From assembly GCA_031398385.1 (NCBI GenBank), contig JANNNE010000075.1, forward strand, positions 13,094 to 77,093: a stretch of 64,000 bases of DNA, in the 5' to 3' direction. Positions 28,744 to 37,420 of the stretch are shown one piece after another. This DNA is from Ideonella sp. (GTDB lineage: Bacteria > Pseudomonadota > Gammaproteobacteria > Burkholderiales > Burkholderiaceae_C). Made by a program: the position numbers and the translations under genes. Position 1 is the stretch's first letter; each line of letters begins with the position of its first letter. The notes beneath the pieces were generated by a model, which was not told where the DNA came from, did not search any database, and saw nothing but the letters and a program-made list of their open reading frames with translations.

Positions 28744-29681
28744 CGCTGGCCGCCTACCACCAGATCTACGACACCTCCAACGTCGAGCGCGCACTCGGCC
28801 AGCTGCCGGAGGACTCGCGGGCACTGGCCCGGCTGTACGAAAAAATGATCGAACGCGGCGGCGACCGCTTCGTCAGCAAACCGTCGGCGGTTCCGGATGC
28901 TGCCGAATTGCGGGCCCAGTCACCCAATTTCAGCGATGTGATCGACGAGGTGCTGCGCGAGATCGCGCTGGTTGTCGACACCGACGATCCCTTGGAGCTG
29001 ACGCCGATCCTGCTGGTCGGCGATCCCGGCGTCGGCAAGACCCGCTTTGCGCGGGGTCTGGCATCGATTTTGGGCACCGGCAACGTGACCATCAGCCTTG
29101 CGCAGACCACGGCGGGCTGGATCGTCGGCGGTTCGGCCTCAACCTGGCAGGGCGCGAAGCCCGGCAAGGTCTTCGAAACCCTGTTACATGGCGAAAATTC
29201 GAATCCGGTCGTCACGATCGACGAGATCGACAAGGCTTCGCGCGGCCAGTACGACCCGCTCGGCGCCTTCTACGCGCTGCTCGAACGCGACACGGCCAGC
29301 GAATTCGTCGATGAATATGTCGATCTGCCCGTCGATGCGTCGCGCATCGTCTGGATTGCCACCGCCAACGACGCACGCTCGGTGCCGGATCCGATTCTGA
29401 GCCGCATGCGCGTCATCGAGGTGCGGGCCCCAACCCGCGACGAGGCGCGGGTGATCGCCGCTGCGATGTACCGCGAACAACGAGCGGCGCACCGCTGGGG
29501 CGATCGCTTCGAGGCCGAGCCGGACGGTGCGGTGCTCGATGCACTCGAAGGCGTGTCGCCGCGCGAACTCGGGCACCTGCTGCGCTCGGCATTCGGTGCG
29601 GCCAAACTGGCCGGACGCAACCAGCTGACGGTCGACGACCTGGGCGTCCAGAAACGCGGCCGGCCCCGGATAGGCTTCTGA
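28734..29681 (+). CDS. Stand-alone AAA+ ATPase related to the Lon ATPase domain
   Basis: Walker A GDPGVGKT, Walker B TIDEIDK, DPLGAFYALLE, WIATAN (sensor 1), ILSRM (Arg finger). No protease domain; ends RIGF. Start is uncertain (see findings). Confidence 0.85.
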   Translation: MSITLAAYHQIYDTSNVERALGQLPEDSRALARLYEKMIERGGDRFVSKPSAVPDAAELRAQSPNFSDVIDEVLREIALVVDTDDPLELTPILLVGDPGVGKTRFARGLASILGTGNVTISLAQTTAGWIVGGSASTWQGAKPGKVFETLLHGENSNPVVTIDEIDKASRGQYDPLGAFYALLERDTASEFVDEYVDLPVDASRIVWIATANDARSVPDPILSRMRVIEVRAPTRDEARVIAAAMYREQRAAHRWGDRFEAEPDGAVLDALEGVSPRELGHLLRSAFGAAKLAGRNQLTVDDLGVQKRGRPRIGF

Positions 29682-29755
29682 CGCCGAGTATGGCTGCCTG
29701 AGCGGATCAACTGGTTGTCAATCTCCGCACCTTCGTTCAGACGGCCCGGAGCCGA

Positions 29756-30484
29756 TCACGCTGCGGGTGCCACACCGCAGCTCGGTACGCCACTGCGCTC
29801 ACCGGCGCGCAGCGCGCCACCGATCCAGTCGGCAAGACGAATCGTCGCACGCCGGTAGGCCTCGCCGATCGGCAAGCTGCCTTCGCCTTGCACCGGTTCG
29901 ACGATACGCAGGCTGCATGCGACCGCTGCCGAGCGAGGCTGCGGCGCCAGCAGGGTCCAGCGCGCCTCGAGTTGCGCATCGACCCCCGGGCGGGCATCGA
30001 GGCGCAGGACCTCGAGAACGAGTCGCCACGACAAGCCATCGGCAGCGACCGTGCCGGAGGTCGGCAATGCCGCATCCACGACATTCCAGCGCGACCACAG
30101 CCGCGCCCGAATCGCCGCTTTCAACTCGTCGGCCAATGGTGCGGCCCATCGATCCTGCTCGAGCAACTGCAAGGTATCGTCGGCTCGACGAACCAGCCAT
30201 TGCGGGCGGTCGACGGCCACCGGGATCTGGATCGGGGTGATCAAGAGCCGCATCGGAGCGGTCGCAGACGAAGACCCGGCTGCCCCCGCAAACGCCGCCT
30301 GCGAATCCATCAGGCTGTGAAACCGCAGCGGTGGCGTCGTCGTCGAACAGGCGCTGACCACGGCAGCGGCCAGCAGCGCCGCGATCCGGGAGCCGGTGGA
30401 TCGGCCCGCCGCGGCGAGCCGGACAGGGGAAACGCAGGTTCGAGCGCGAGACGGCGCAACGTGCAGGTGGTGATTGGCGCTCAT
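29756..30484 (-). CDS. pqiC: PqiC family outer-membrane lipoprotein
   Basis: Lipobox VSAC, IPVAVDRPQW, DRWAAPLADEL, AQLEARWTL. ATGA overlap with pqiB. Confidence 0.85.
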   Translation of the reverse strand: MSANHHLHVAPSRARTCVSPVRLAAAGRSTGSRIAALLAAAVVSACSTTTPPLRFHSLMDSQAAFAGAAGSSSATAPMRLLITPIQIPVAVDRPQWLVRRADDTLQLLEQDRWAAPLADELKAAIRARLWSRWNVVDAALPTSGTVAADGLSWRLVLEVLRLDARPGVDAQLEARWTLLAPQPRSAAVACSLRIVEPVQGEGSLPIGEAYRRATIRLADWIGGALRAGERSGVPSCGVAPAA

Positions 30485-32424
30485 TTCGGTGGGCCCGATG
30501 CTGCAACGGCCGGTGGCAGTGGAATCAGCCGCGGCAGGTCGTTCGCCGGGACGGGAGACGTCGGGGCGGGATCACGTGCCGGCGCGCGACGGTCTCGGCC
30601 GGTCGCCAAGGGTTCGTCGGCGGCCTTGCCGCGAATCAGCGACTGCGGGTTGCGTTGCAGGTAGTCGGCCAGCACCCGCAAGGCCTGCGCAGCGCGCTGG
30701 ATCTCGGCCAGCGTCTGCCCGGCCTGGATCTGCACCGACGAATTCTCGTCAAGCACGTTGCGGTCGAGTCGATCGATCGACGCCTGGGCCTTGGCCAGCG
30801 TGGCCTGCAGGTCGGTCACGGCCTTCACCGCCTCCGGCGTCAGCCGCGTGATCGCCTGATCGGCCTTGCCGACCGCGCTTTGCACATCCCGGCCGATGGC
30901 ATCGAAAGGAATGCGGCTGAGTTTCTCGACGATCTGCGCCACCTGCGGCTGAATCTCGCTGAGTGTGCCGGCCACTGTCGGCAAGGTGATGATGCCGTTC
31001 GCCGCAGCCTGTTGGGCCGCCTGCTCGGCCAGCAGCGCGGCACGTTCTTCGCGCCGCTCTTGACGCTCGCGCCGGGTCAGCCGCTTGCCGTCGCTGGCCC
31101 TGCCGGCGTCACGGGAAGCCACCCGCGGCGCAGTCGTTGACGACGTGTCGCCGCGACTGAAGAAATCGAGTGCGACATACAACTGTCCGGTCAGCAGATT
31201 GCCGGTGCGCATCTGCGCTTTCAGGCCTTGGGCGACCAATCGCTGGATCGCGAGCACACCCTTGGTTCGCACCGGTTCCGGCGATTCGACCGCTGCCTCC
31301 ACAGGATTCTGAACCTCTGCCGGCACGCCGAGCAAGGCGTCGCGCAGACTGCCCAGACGCAGCGGGTACAGGTCGACCACCACCTCGACCGGGAAGCGCC
31401 GTCGCCGCACATCACGCTGCAAGGTGATGCTGGTCACCTTGCCGATCTCGAGGCCGAGAAAATCGACCGGCGCATCGACCGCCAGGCCCCGTACCGATTG
31501 GTCGAACACCATGCGGGCCCGCACCGGTTCGCCGTCCGGCGGCGCCAGCGCCGACTTGCGATCGTTGTACAGCATGAAGCGGCTGCCATCGGCTGCCGGC
31601 GCCTGTGGCAGCGGCAGCGGGGAAGGCAGGCGATCGAATGCCACGCCACCTGCCAGCACCGACGACAAGGTCTGGGTATCGAGCGTCAAGCCATTGGCGT
31701 TCAAGGTGAGGTCGACGCCGCTGGCATTCCAGAACCGGGTCTGCGGCGTCACCAACTGGTTGTAGGGTGCGTCGACGAAGATCTTCACTGTCAACTCGTC
31801 CTGCTTTGGGTCGAGCGTATAGCCGACCACCCGACCGACCTTGGTGCGGCGGTAATAGATCGGCGATCCGAAATCGAGTGAGCCGAGATCGGACGCGGCC
31901 AATGCAAAACTGCTGCCCGGCTCACCGCGCAGGATCGAGGGTGGCGACTCCAGGCCGGCAAAACGGCTCCGTTCAACCTCCGAGACACCGGCATCGACGC
32001 CGATGTAGACCCCCGACAGCAAGGTGCCGAGCCCCGTGATGCCTGCAGTACCGATGCGCGGACGAACCACCCAGAACTGGGTATCTTCGCGCGCCATGTC
32101 GGCCGCCGACCGATCCAGCCGCACCGTCGCCACCACTCGTTTGAGGTCGTTTCGCAGCGAGACCTTCTCGACCCGACCGACCGCGACCTCCTTGAACCGG
32201 ACTTCGGTCTTGCCGGCTTCCAGGCCCTCGGCGGTGTTGAATTCGATCTCGATCTCCGGTCCGGTCTGCAGATAGCTCTGGATCAGCAACGAGGCCCCGA
32301 TGATGATCGCCGCCAGCGGCACCAGCCAGACCAGCGAGAAGCGGAAGCGGCTGCTACTCGTGACGCGGGGCGCGGGCAGCGCCTGGTGCGCGTCGCGCGC
32401 CGGATCGGGGACGCGACCGGTCAT
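30481..32424 (-). CDS. pqiB: PqiB intermembrane transport protein (three MCE domains plus helical extension)
   Basis: LVWLVPLAA, AEGLEAGKT, QFWVVRPRI, TLLSGVYI, FWNASG, GNLLTGQLYVALDF, YLQRNPQSLIRGK. Confidence 0.92.
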   Translation of the reverse strand: MTGRVPDPARDAHQALPAPRVTSSSRFRFSLVWLVPLAAIIIGASLLIQSYLQTGPEIEIEFNTAEGLEAGKTEVRFKEVAVGRVEKVSLRNDLKRVVATVRLDRSAADMAREDTQFWVVRPRIGTAGITGLGTLLSGVYIGVDAGVSEVERSRFAGLESPPSILRGEPGSSFALAASDLGSLDFGSPIYYRRTKVGRVVGYTLDPKQDELTVKIFVDAPYNQLVTPQTRFWNASGVDLTLNANGLTLDTQTLSSVLAGGVAFDRLPSPLPLPQAPAADGSRFMLYNDRKSALAPPDGEPVRARMVFDQSVRGLAVDAPVDFLGLEIGKVTSITLQRDVRRRRFPVEVVVDLYPLRLGSLRDALLGVPAEVQNPVEAAVESPEPVRTKGVLAIQRLVAQGLKAQMRTGNLLTGQLYVALDFFSRGDTSSTTAPRVASRDAGRASDGKRLTRRERQERREERAALLAEQAAQQAAANGIITLPTVAGTLSEIQPQVAQIVEKLSRIPFDAIGRDVQSAVGKADQAITRLTPEAVKAVTDLQATLAKAQASIDRLDRNVLDENSSVQIQAGQTLAEIQRAAQALRVLADYLQRNPQSLIRGKAADEPLATGRDRRAPARDPAPTSPVPANDLPRLIPLPPAVAASGPPK

Positions 32425-33077
32425 GCCGACGCGGGCCGGTCAGCACGCGGCAGCGGTTGCTGCTGCCGGCCGTCTGCATCCTGCCAGATCCAGCGCGGGT
32501 CGAATTGGTGGGTCGCCATCATCGTCAACACCACGACCGCGGCGAACGCGAGCAGACCGGGACCGGGTATTGCACTGGCGACATTGCCGAAACGTACCAT
32601 GCCGACGAGCAGTACGACCACATAGACATCGAGCATCGACCAGTGGCCGACCGCTTCAATCAATCGATACAGCCGCGAACGCTCGAGTTGGCGCCAGCCC
32701 GGGGCATGGTCGACACTCCAGGCCAGCAGCGCCAGCGCACCGATCTTGACCAGTGGCACCACGATGCTGGCAACAAAAACCAGGATCGCCAGGCCCCAGG
32801 CACCGTCGTTCCACAATTCGACAATGCCGCCGATCAAGGTGTGCGGCGTTGCCCGCAAGGTCTTGACGGTGCTCATCATCGACATCAGATTGGCCGGGAT
32901 CAGGCAAACCAGCGACGCGGCCAGCAAGGCCCAGGTGCGCTGCAGGCCGATCCGACGCGGATGCTCCAGCGCATGACCACAACGCGGGCAACGCACCGGA
33001 TCGTCCAGCGCGCCGGCATCGCCGTTCCAGCCACAACACGCGCACCCCTTGATGCGCATGGCCGCCGAGTCGATCAC
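32421..33077 (-). CDS. pqiA: Paraquat-inducible protein A (second PqiA subunit)
   Basis: CACC...CPRC, TWALL, ASIVVPLVKI, GHWSMLDVYVV, QFDPRWIW. GTG 33077 overlaps the upstream stop; RBS AGGAGG. Confidence 0.9.
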   Translation of the reverse strand: MIDSAAMRIKGCACCGWNGDAGALDDPVRCPRCGHALEHPRRIGLQRTWALLAASLVCLIPANLMSMMSTVKTLRATPHTLIGGIVELWNDGAWGLAILVFVASIVVPLVKIGALALLAWSVDHAPGWRQLERSRLYRLIEAVGHWSMLDVYVVVLLVGMVRFGNVASAIPGPGLLAFAAVVVLTMMATHQFDPRWIWQDADGRQQQPLPRADRPASA

Positions 33078-33751
33078 GCCCTCACCTCCTGCTCGGGCCA
33101 GAGATGACCGAGACCGGCCGACTCGATCGCAGCCAGCAGCACCGCCAGCACGCCCAGGGCGATCAGTCCGGGGCCTGCCGATGCCTGCGCCATATCGGCC
33201 AGGCGAACCAGCGAAAGCAGCGCGCCGACGCCCAGCACCGCCACGGTGTTCCAGCGCTCGCTCTGATGCAGCAGCCGCAGATAGAAACCCATCGAAGCAG
33301 GCTGCCGTCCTTGCGCCAGACCCAGCAGCACGCGCAGACGCAGCAGGATGAAGGCCAGCGGTGCCAGCACCGCCGTCAGTGTGGCGAGGATCGCGACCAA
33401 GGGCGCACCGTCCTGCCAGGCGGCAACGATGGCCATCGGGAGCGTGGTGGAAACCTCGCCGCCGCGCAGGCGCAGCGTGATCAATTCGGCGCTGTTGGCG
33501 ATGATGAATACCACCAGTGCAGCCAGCGTCAGGGCCAGCAAGGCTTCGGGCCCGAGACGATGGCCACGCGCGAGCACCGCCTCGCAACGGCTGCAGCGGG
33601 CGATTCCGGAGCGGGGCAGGTTCACCCGGCGATGCACCTGCGCGCACGCGGTACAAACCAGCAGATCCGGTCTGTGCGCCGCTTTTTGAGCAGCCACGGA
33701 GCCGGATGATTGTTCGGGAGTTGGCGCCGCGGGAGGTTCGGCTGGCGTCAC
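33074..33751 (-). CDS. pqiA: Paraquat-inducible protein A (first PqiA subunit)
   Basis: CTAC...CSRC zinc-type motifs, LALTLAALVVFIIAN, SLVRLADMA...GPGLIALG. Start is uncertain (GTG 33751, CTG 33784 or ATG 33838). Confidence 0.82.
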   Translation of the reverse strand: MTPAEPPAAPTPEQSSGSVAAQKAAHRPDLLVCTACAQVHRRVNLPRSGIARCSRCEAVLARGHRLGPEALLALTLAALVVFIIANSAELITLRLRGGEVSTTLPMAIVAAWQDGAPLVAILATLTAVLAPLAFILLRLRVLLGLAQGRQPASMGFYLRLLHQSERWNTVAVLGVGALLSLVRLADMAQASAGPGLIALGVLAVLLAAIESAGLGHLWPEQEVRA

Positions 33752-33780
33752 GGAAGAAGGGTCAATGGCAGCGGCGGGTT

Positions 33781-34071
33781 TCAGCGAACGGTGGTGGATA
33801 CCTGTCGGACGGTGATTGTCGCCGCAGGCAGCAGGCAATCGCGGCCACTGCCACCCTTGGATTCACAGCCTGCCACTACCCGGCTCGCCTTCGCCCAATG
33901 CGTTTGCGCGCTGGCAACGCCTTGCTGGATCACGATATAGAAGCCCGCCAGCAACACCACGGCCAACACGAAGGCACCGAAGCCGAGCAGCAACCGAAGC
34001 GACGGCTCGGAACGAAAGTCGGGAAACCAGTTCGTCCGGGTGTCGGGGGCGGTGGGTGCCTGAGTTTGCAT
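33781..34071 (-). CDS. Hypothetical 96-aa single-pass membrane protein with a two-Cys C-terminal segment
   Basis: GGAG RBS, TM LLLGFGAFVLAVVLLAGFYIVI, then C-x9-C. Lies directly upstream of pqiA. Confidence 0.65.
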   Translation of the reverse strand: MQTQAPTAPDTRTNWFPDFRSEPSLRLLLGFGAFVLAVVLLAGFYIVIQQGVASAQTHWAKASRVVAGCESKGGSGRDCLLPAATITVRQVSTTVR

Positions 34072-34210
34072 GGGGTGCTCCAGATCGGTGACCCGGGTCT
34101 TTGACCGGTGCGTGAAGCTTATTCAATGCACCTGCAAAAAGGCTTCGGTGCACGCCGCCAGATGGCGTCGGACATCGCCTACGGTCGCGCTGATCCGGCA
34201 CGCCACCGCT

Positions 34211-35365
34211 TCATCCACCCTGGCCGCGCTGCTGATCCTCCCTCAACTTGACGCACTGCGGATGACTGCGGAACCGCGAGGTCGCACACTGCTCATGCAT
34301 GCAGAACGGGCGCGCGAGGAAACTCTTGTTCGAACACGCTTCCTGCGGGCTTGCAGCCTGCGCCGGGCTTGGTGTCGACGGTTCGATCGGTGGCGCAGCG
34401 GGCGTCGAATAGCTTGGGCTGGCGGGCGCACTCTGTTGAGCCGGCTTCGGTACCGGCCGGGGTGCCGGGGCGGGCGGAGGGCGCACCGCGGGCGTTGGCT
34501 TGGCTGGCGGCGGCGCCACCGCGGCGGGGGGCGGCGGTGGGGGTGGGGATGGCGTGAGTGCCGGCGCCGGTGTGGGCAGCGGCGTCGGTGCCGTGGGCGG
34601 TGGAGGAAACACCGGCGCGGTCATCGGCGTCGGGTCGACCGGAGCGGCCGGTGTAGCCGGGGGTGCTGCGGGCGCGGCAGGCGGCGCCTCGCTGGTCGTC
34701 GGGATCGGAAGAGTGGGTGCAGGCACGATCGCCGGCACCTCTGACGCCGGGGCAGGTGCAGCAGGCGCGGCCACCTCGGTTGCGGGCCGGGTGTCGTCGC
34801 CTTGTGTGAACCAGTAGCCGCCGCCAATCACCAGCAGCAGCAAGACGCCCAGGCCGATCCAGATCAGCTTGCTCGACGAGCCGCTACCCGCGCTATCGGC
34901 GGGCGCAGCCTCGTCGGACCCGTTGTCGAACGGTGACTCGGCGGACGATTCCATCCGTGCCGGTGCGGGCGCAGGCATGGCCGGGGCATCCACTGGCGCG
35001 TACGGGCTCGCAGGCGCAGCAGCCGGCGCCGGTTCACCCAGCAGGTCCATCAGAGACCCACTGGCAGCCGCAGCAGGCGGCGGCGCAGAATACGCAGGCG
35101 GCGGCACCGAATAGGCCGGCGGCTGAGGATGCATCGGCGGAATCGACATCGGCGAAGGCGGCGGGCGCGGCGCGGGCGGTCGCATCACGGTGCGGTCGTC
35201 GCCATCATCCTCGATCAGCGACGCGGGAGGCTGCACCGGCGCGTCGTCGCTGCGCGGGCGCAGCAGGCCGGATGCCCCTTGTGGCGGAAATGCGGTGCCG
35301 CACAGCTTGCAGACCTTCGCAGCGTCGGTATTCTCCGTTTCGCAGCGACTACAGACCTTGGTCAT
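34211..35365 (-). CDS. Zinc-ribbon / Pro-rich / TM / four-Cys domain protein
   Basis: GGAGG RBS; N-terminal C-x2-C-x10-C-x2-C; central TM LIWIGLGVLLLLVIGGGYWF; C-terminal C-x10-C-x4-C-x10-C. Confidence 0.85.
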   Translation of the reverse strand: MTKVCSRCETENTDAAKVCKLCGTAFPPQGASGLLRPRSDDAPVQPPASLIEDDGDDRTVMRPPAPRPPPSPMSIPPMHPQPPAYSVPPPAYSAPPPAAAASGSLMDLLGEPAPAAAPASPYAPVDAPAMPAPAPARMESSAESPFDNGSDEAAPADSAGSGSSSKLIWIGLGVLLLLVIGGGYWFTQGDDTRPATEVAAPAAPAPASEVPAIVPAPTLPIPTTSEAPPAAPAAPPATPAAPVDPTPMTAPVFPPPPTAPTPLPTPAPALTPSPPPPPPPAAVAPPPAKPTPAVRPPPAPAPRPVPKPAQQSAPASPSYSTPAAPPIEPSTPSPAQAASPQEACSNKSFLARPFCMHEQCATSRFRSHPQCVKLREDQQRGQGG

Positions 35366-35594
35366 TCAATCCTCCAGCTGCCATCTTGATTTGCGGCCGA
35401 CCACGCAGCGTCGATATGCCGCCCGATCGACGATCCGCCGCAGACGAATCAATCGTTCCAGATGCTCACTCCGGCAGCCCTGGAGCATAACCCGAGGCCG
35501 CGGCAGGGCGGACATGCAACCGCCCTGGTTCGCGCAAAAGCCGCACGGCTGCAGGGCCTGTGCTACAAGATGCCCACCACTTCCATCAGCCCGA

Positions 35595-36488
35595 ATGCCT
35601 GTTTCACTCGATGGTCAGCTCGTCGTTGCCATCTCCTCGCGCGCCTTGTTCGATTTCGAGGAGGAGAACCTGTTGTTCGAGTCCGCCGACGATCGCGCCT
35701 ACATGCAGCTGCAGCTCGAACGGCTGGACGTGGCCGCCAAGCCCGGGGTGGCGTTCTCGCTGGTCAACAAGCTGCTGGCCTTCAACTCGGAACGGCCGCG
35801 GGTCGAGGTGGTGATCCTGTCGCGCAACGACCCGGTCTCCGGCATGCGGGTGTTTCGTTCGGCTCAGCACTACGGGATGCCGATCCAGCGCGGCGTATTC
35901 ACCCGCGGACAGTCGCCGTGGCGCTATCTCAGGCCGCTGAACGCCAACCTGTTTCTGTCGACCAACGAGGCCGATGTGCGTTCGGCCCTGCAATGCGCCG
36001 TTCCGGCCGCCCGCGTGTTTCCGAACAGCAGGCGGGCATCGGACGCCCACCCGGACGAGGTGCGGATCGCCTTCGACGGCGACGCGGTGCTGTTTTCCGA
36101 CGAGGCGGAGCAGGTCTTCCAGTCGGGCGGCCTGGATGCGTTCCAGGCCCATGAACGCGATCGGGCCACCTACCCCCTGCCCGCCGGGCCGTTCAAGCCG
36201 GTATTGCTGGCCTTGCAGCGACTGCAACAGCATCCGGCTGGCGGCATGCGGATTCGCACCGCGCTGGTCACGGCGCGCAGTGCGCCAGCCCACGAGCGCG
36301 CGATCCGGACCCTGATGGACTGGAACATCGAGATCGACGAGGCGATGTTCCTGGGCGGCTTGTCGAAGGGCGAGTTCCTGCGCGAGTTCGAGCCCGACTT
36401 CTTTTTCGATGACCAGACCGGACACATCGAAAACGCCGCGCTGCATGTGCCATCGGGCCATGTTGCGGCCGGCATTTCGAACCCCTGA
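35595..36488 (+). CDS. 5'-nucleotidase (cN-I-like family)
   Basis: LVVAISSRALFD, VVILSRND, RIAFDGDAVLFSDE, TALVTARSAPAHER, FFFDDQ. Start refined to ATG 35595. Confidence 0.9.
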   Translation: MPVSLDGQLVVAISSRALFDFEEENLLFESADDRAYMQLQLERLDVAAKPGVAFSLVNKLLAFNSERPRVEVVILSRNDPVSGMRVFRSAQHYGMPIQRGVFTRGQSPWRYLRPLNANLFLSTNEADVRSALQCAVPAARVFPNSRRASDAHPDEVRIAFDGDAVLFSDEAEQVFQSGGLDAFQAHERDRATYPLPAGPFKPVLLALQRLQQHPAGGMRIRTALVTARSAPAHERAIRTLMDWNIEIDEAMFLGGLSKGEFLREFEPDFFFDDQTGHIENAALHVPSGHVAAGISNP

Positions 36489-36505
36489 GAGCGCTGTCGG
36501 CGCTT

Positions 36506-37279
36506 TCAGGGATGCCGATAGCGGCGCAACGCCGGCAGATCCAGCACCCGGACGCCGCCGTATTCGATGCGGATCACACCCGCCTGCTGCATTGCCTTCA
36601 GGGCCTCGTTCACGCGCTGGCGCGACAGCCCGACCAGATAGCCCAGTTCGAGTTGCGTGATGCGCAGAACTTCGCCAACGCCCGGATACAGCACCGGATG
36701 GAACAGGGCTGCCAGACTTCGCGCCACGCGGGCGTCGGGATCGCTCATGCGATCGATTTCGCGCGCGGCGATGAACTGACCCAGGCGCTCGTTGAGCTGC
36801 TGGGTGATGAAGCGGTTGAACGGGATGCTGCGCTCGATCAGCCAGTGAAAGGTACCGACGCTGATGCCGGCCACCACGCTCTTGCGCAGGGCCTCGATGT
36901 TGTAACGAAAGACCTCGCGCTTGAGCACGGTGCCCTCGCCGAACCAGCCGCCGGGCGGAATGCCGGTGAAGGTGACGGGAATGCCCTCGCGCGAATCGTT
37001 GCTCATCTTCAGCAGTCCGTCGATCACACCGAACCAGAAGCTCGCCTGGCGACCGACCCGACACAGCAGTTCGCCGGCGTCGACCTGCACCACCTGCAGA
37101 TCCTCCACCACGCGTCGGCGCTCGTCAGCCGGCAGTGACGCCAGCCAAGGAATGTTGTCGAGTTCGGCCGCGGTGGCGCGCCGGGCCCGCGTCAGCAAGG
37201 CAGGCCCGACATGGCGCTCCTGCTGATCCGAATCAACGGACAGCGGCGGAAGGATCGACGGAAGCTGGGTATTCGGCAT
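36506..37279 (-). CDS. Crp/Fnr family transcriptional regulator
   Basis: cNMP-binding domain (GGWFGEG), C-terminal HTH ITQLELGYLVGLSRQRVNEAL. Alternative GTG start at 37291. Confidence 0.92.
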   Translation of the reverse strand: MPNTQLPSILPPLSVDSDQQERHVGPALLTRARRATAAELDNIPWLASLPADERRRVVEDLQVVQVDAGELLCRVGRQASFWFGVIDGLLKMSNDSREGIPVTFTGIPPGGWFGEGTVLKREVFRYNIEALRKSVVAGISVGTFHWLIERSIPFNRFITQQLNERLGQFIAAREIDRMSDPDARVARSLAALFHPVLYPGVGEVLRITQLELGYLVGLSRQRVNEALKAMQQAGVIRIEYGGVRVLDLPALRRYRHP

Positions 37280-37312
37280 GTCGGGAAACACCTGAGCGGA
37301 CAGACCCTAGGA

Positions 37313-37330
37313 TTGTCGTCAGAACGACAA
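37313..37330. promoter_or_regulatory. Crp/Fnr-type operator TTGTCG-N6-CGACAA
   Basis: Perfect inverted repeat TTGTCGT-CAGA-ACGACAA between the divergent regulator and ligase genes, with TACATT -10 at 37351-37356. Confidence 0.7.
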
Positions 37331-37420
37331 CTTGACGTCAAACCTCGCCTTACATTGGCGTCGGTTCCTCTTTTGGGGAACCCCCTGATGCTCGGCCATC
37401 AACCTTCCAGGAGTCAAACG

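Noticed and set aside
28734-35365. AAA ATPase plus pqi plus hypothetical genes as an anti-phage or mobile island
   Set aside because: No nuclease, toxin, integrase or flanking direct repeats, and no visible compositional shift. The AAA gene is convergent with, and not operonic with, the pqi genes.
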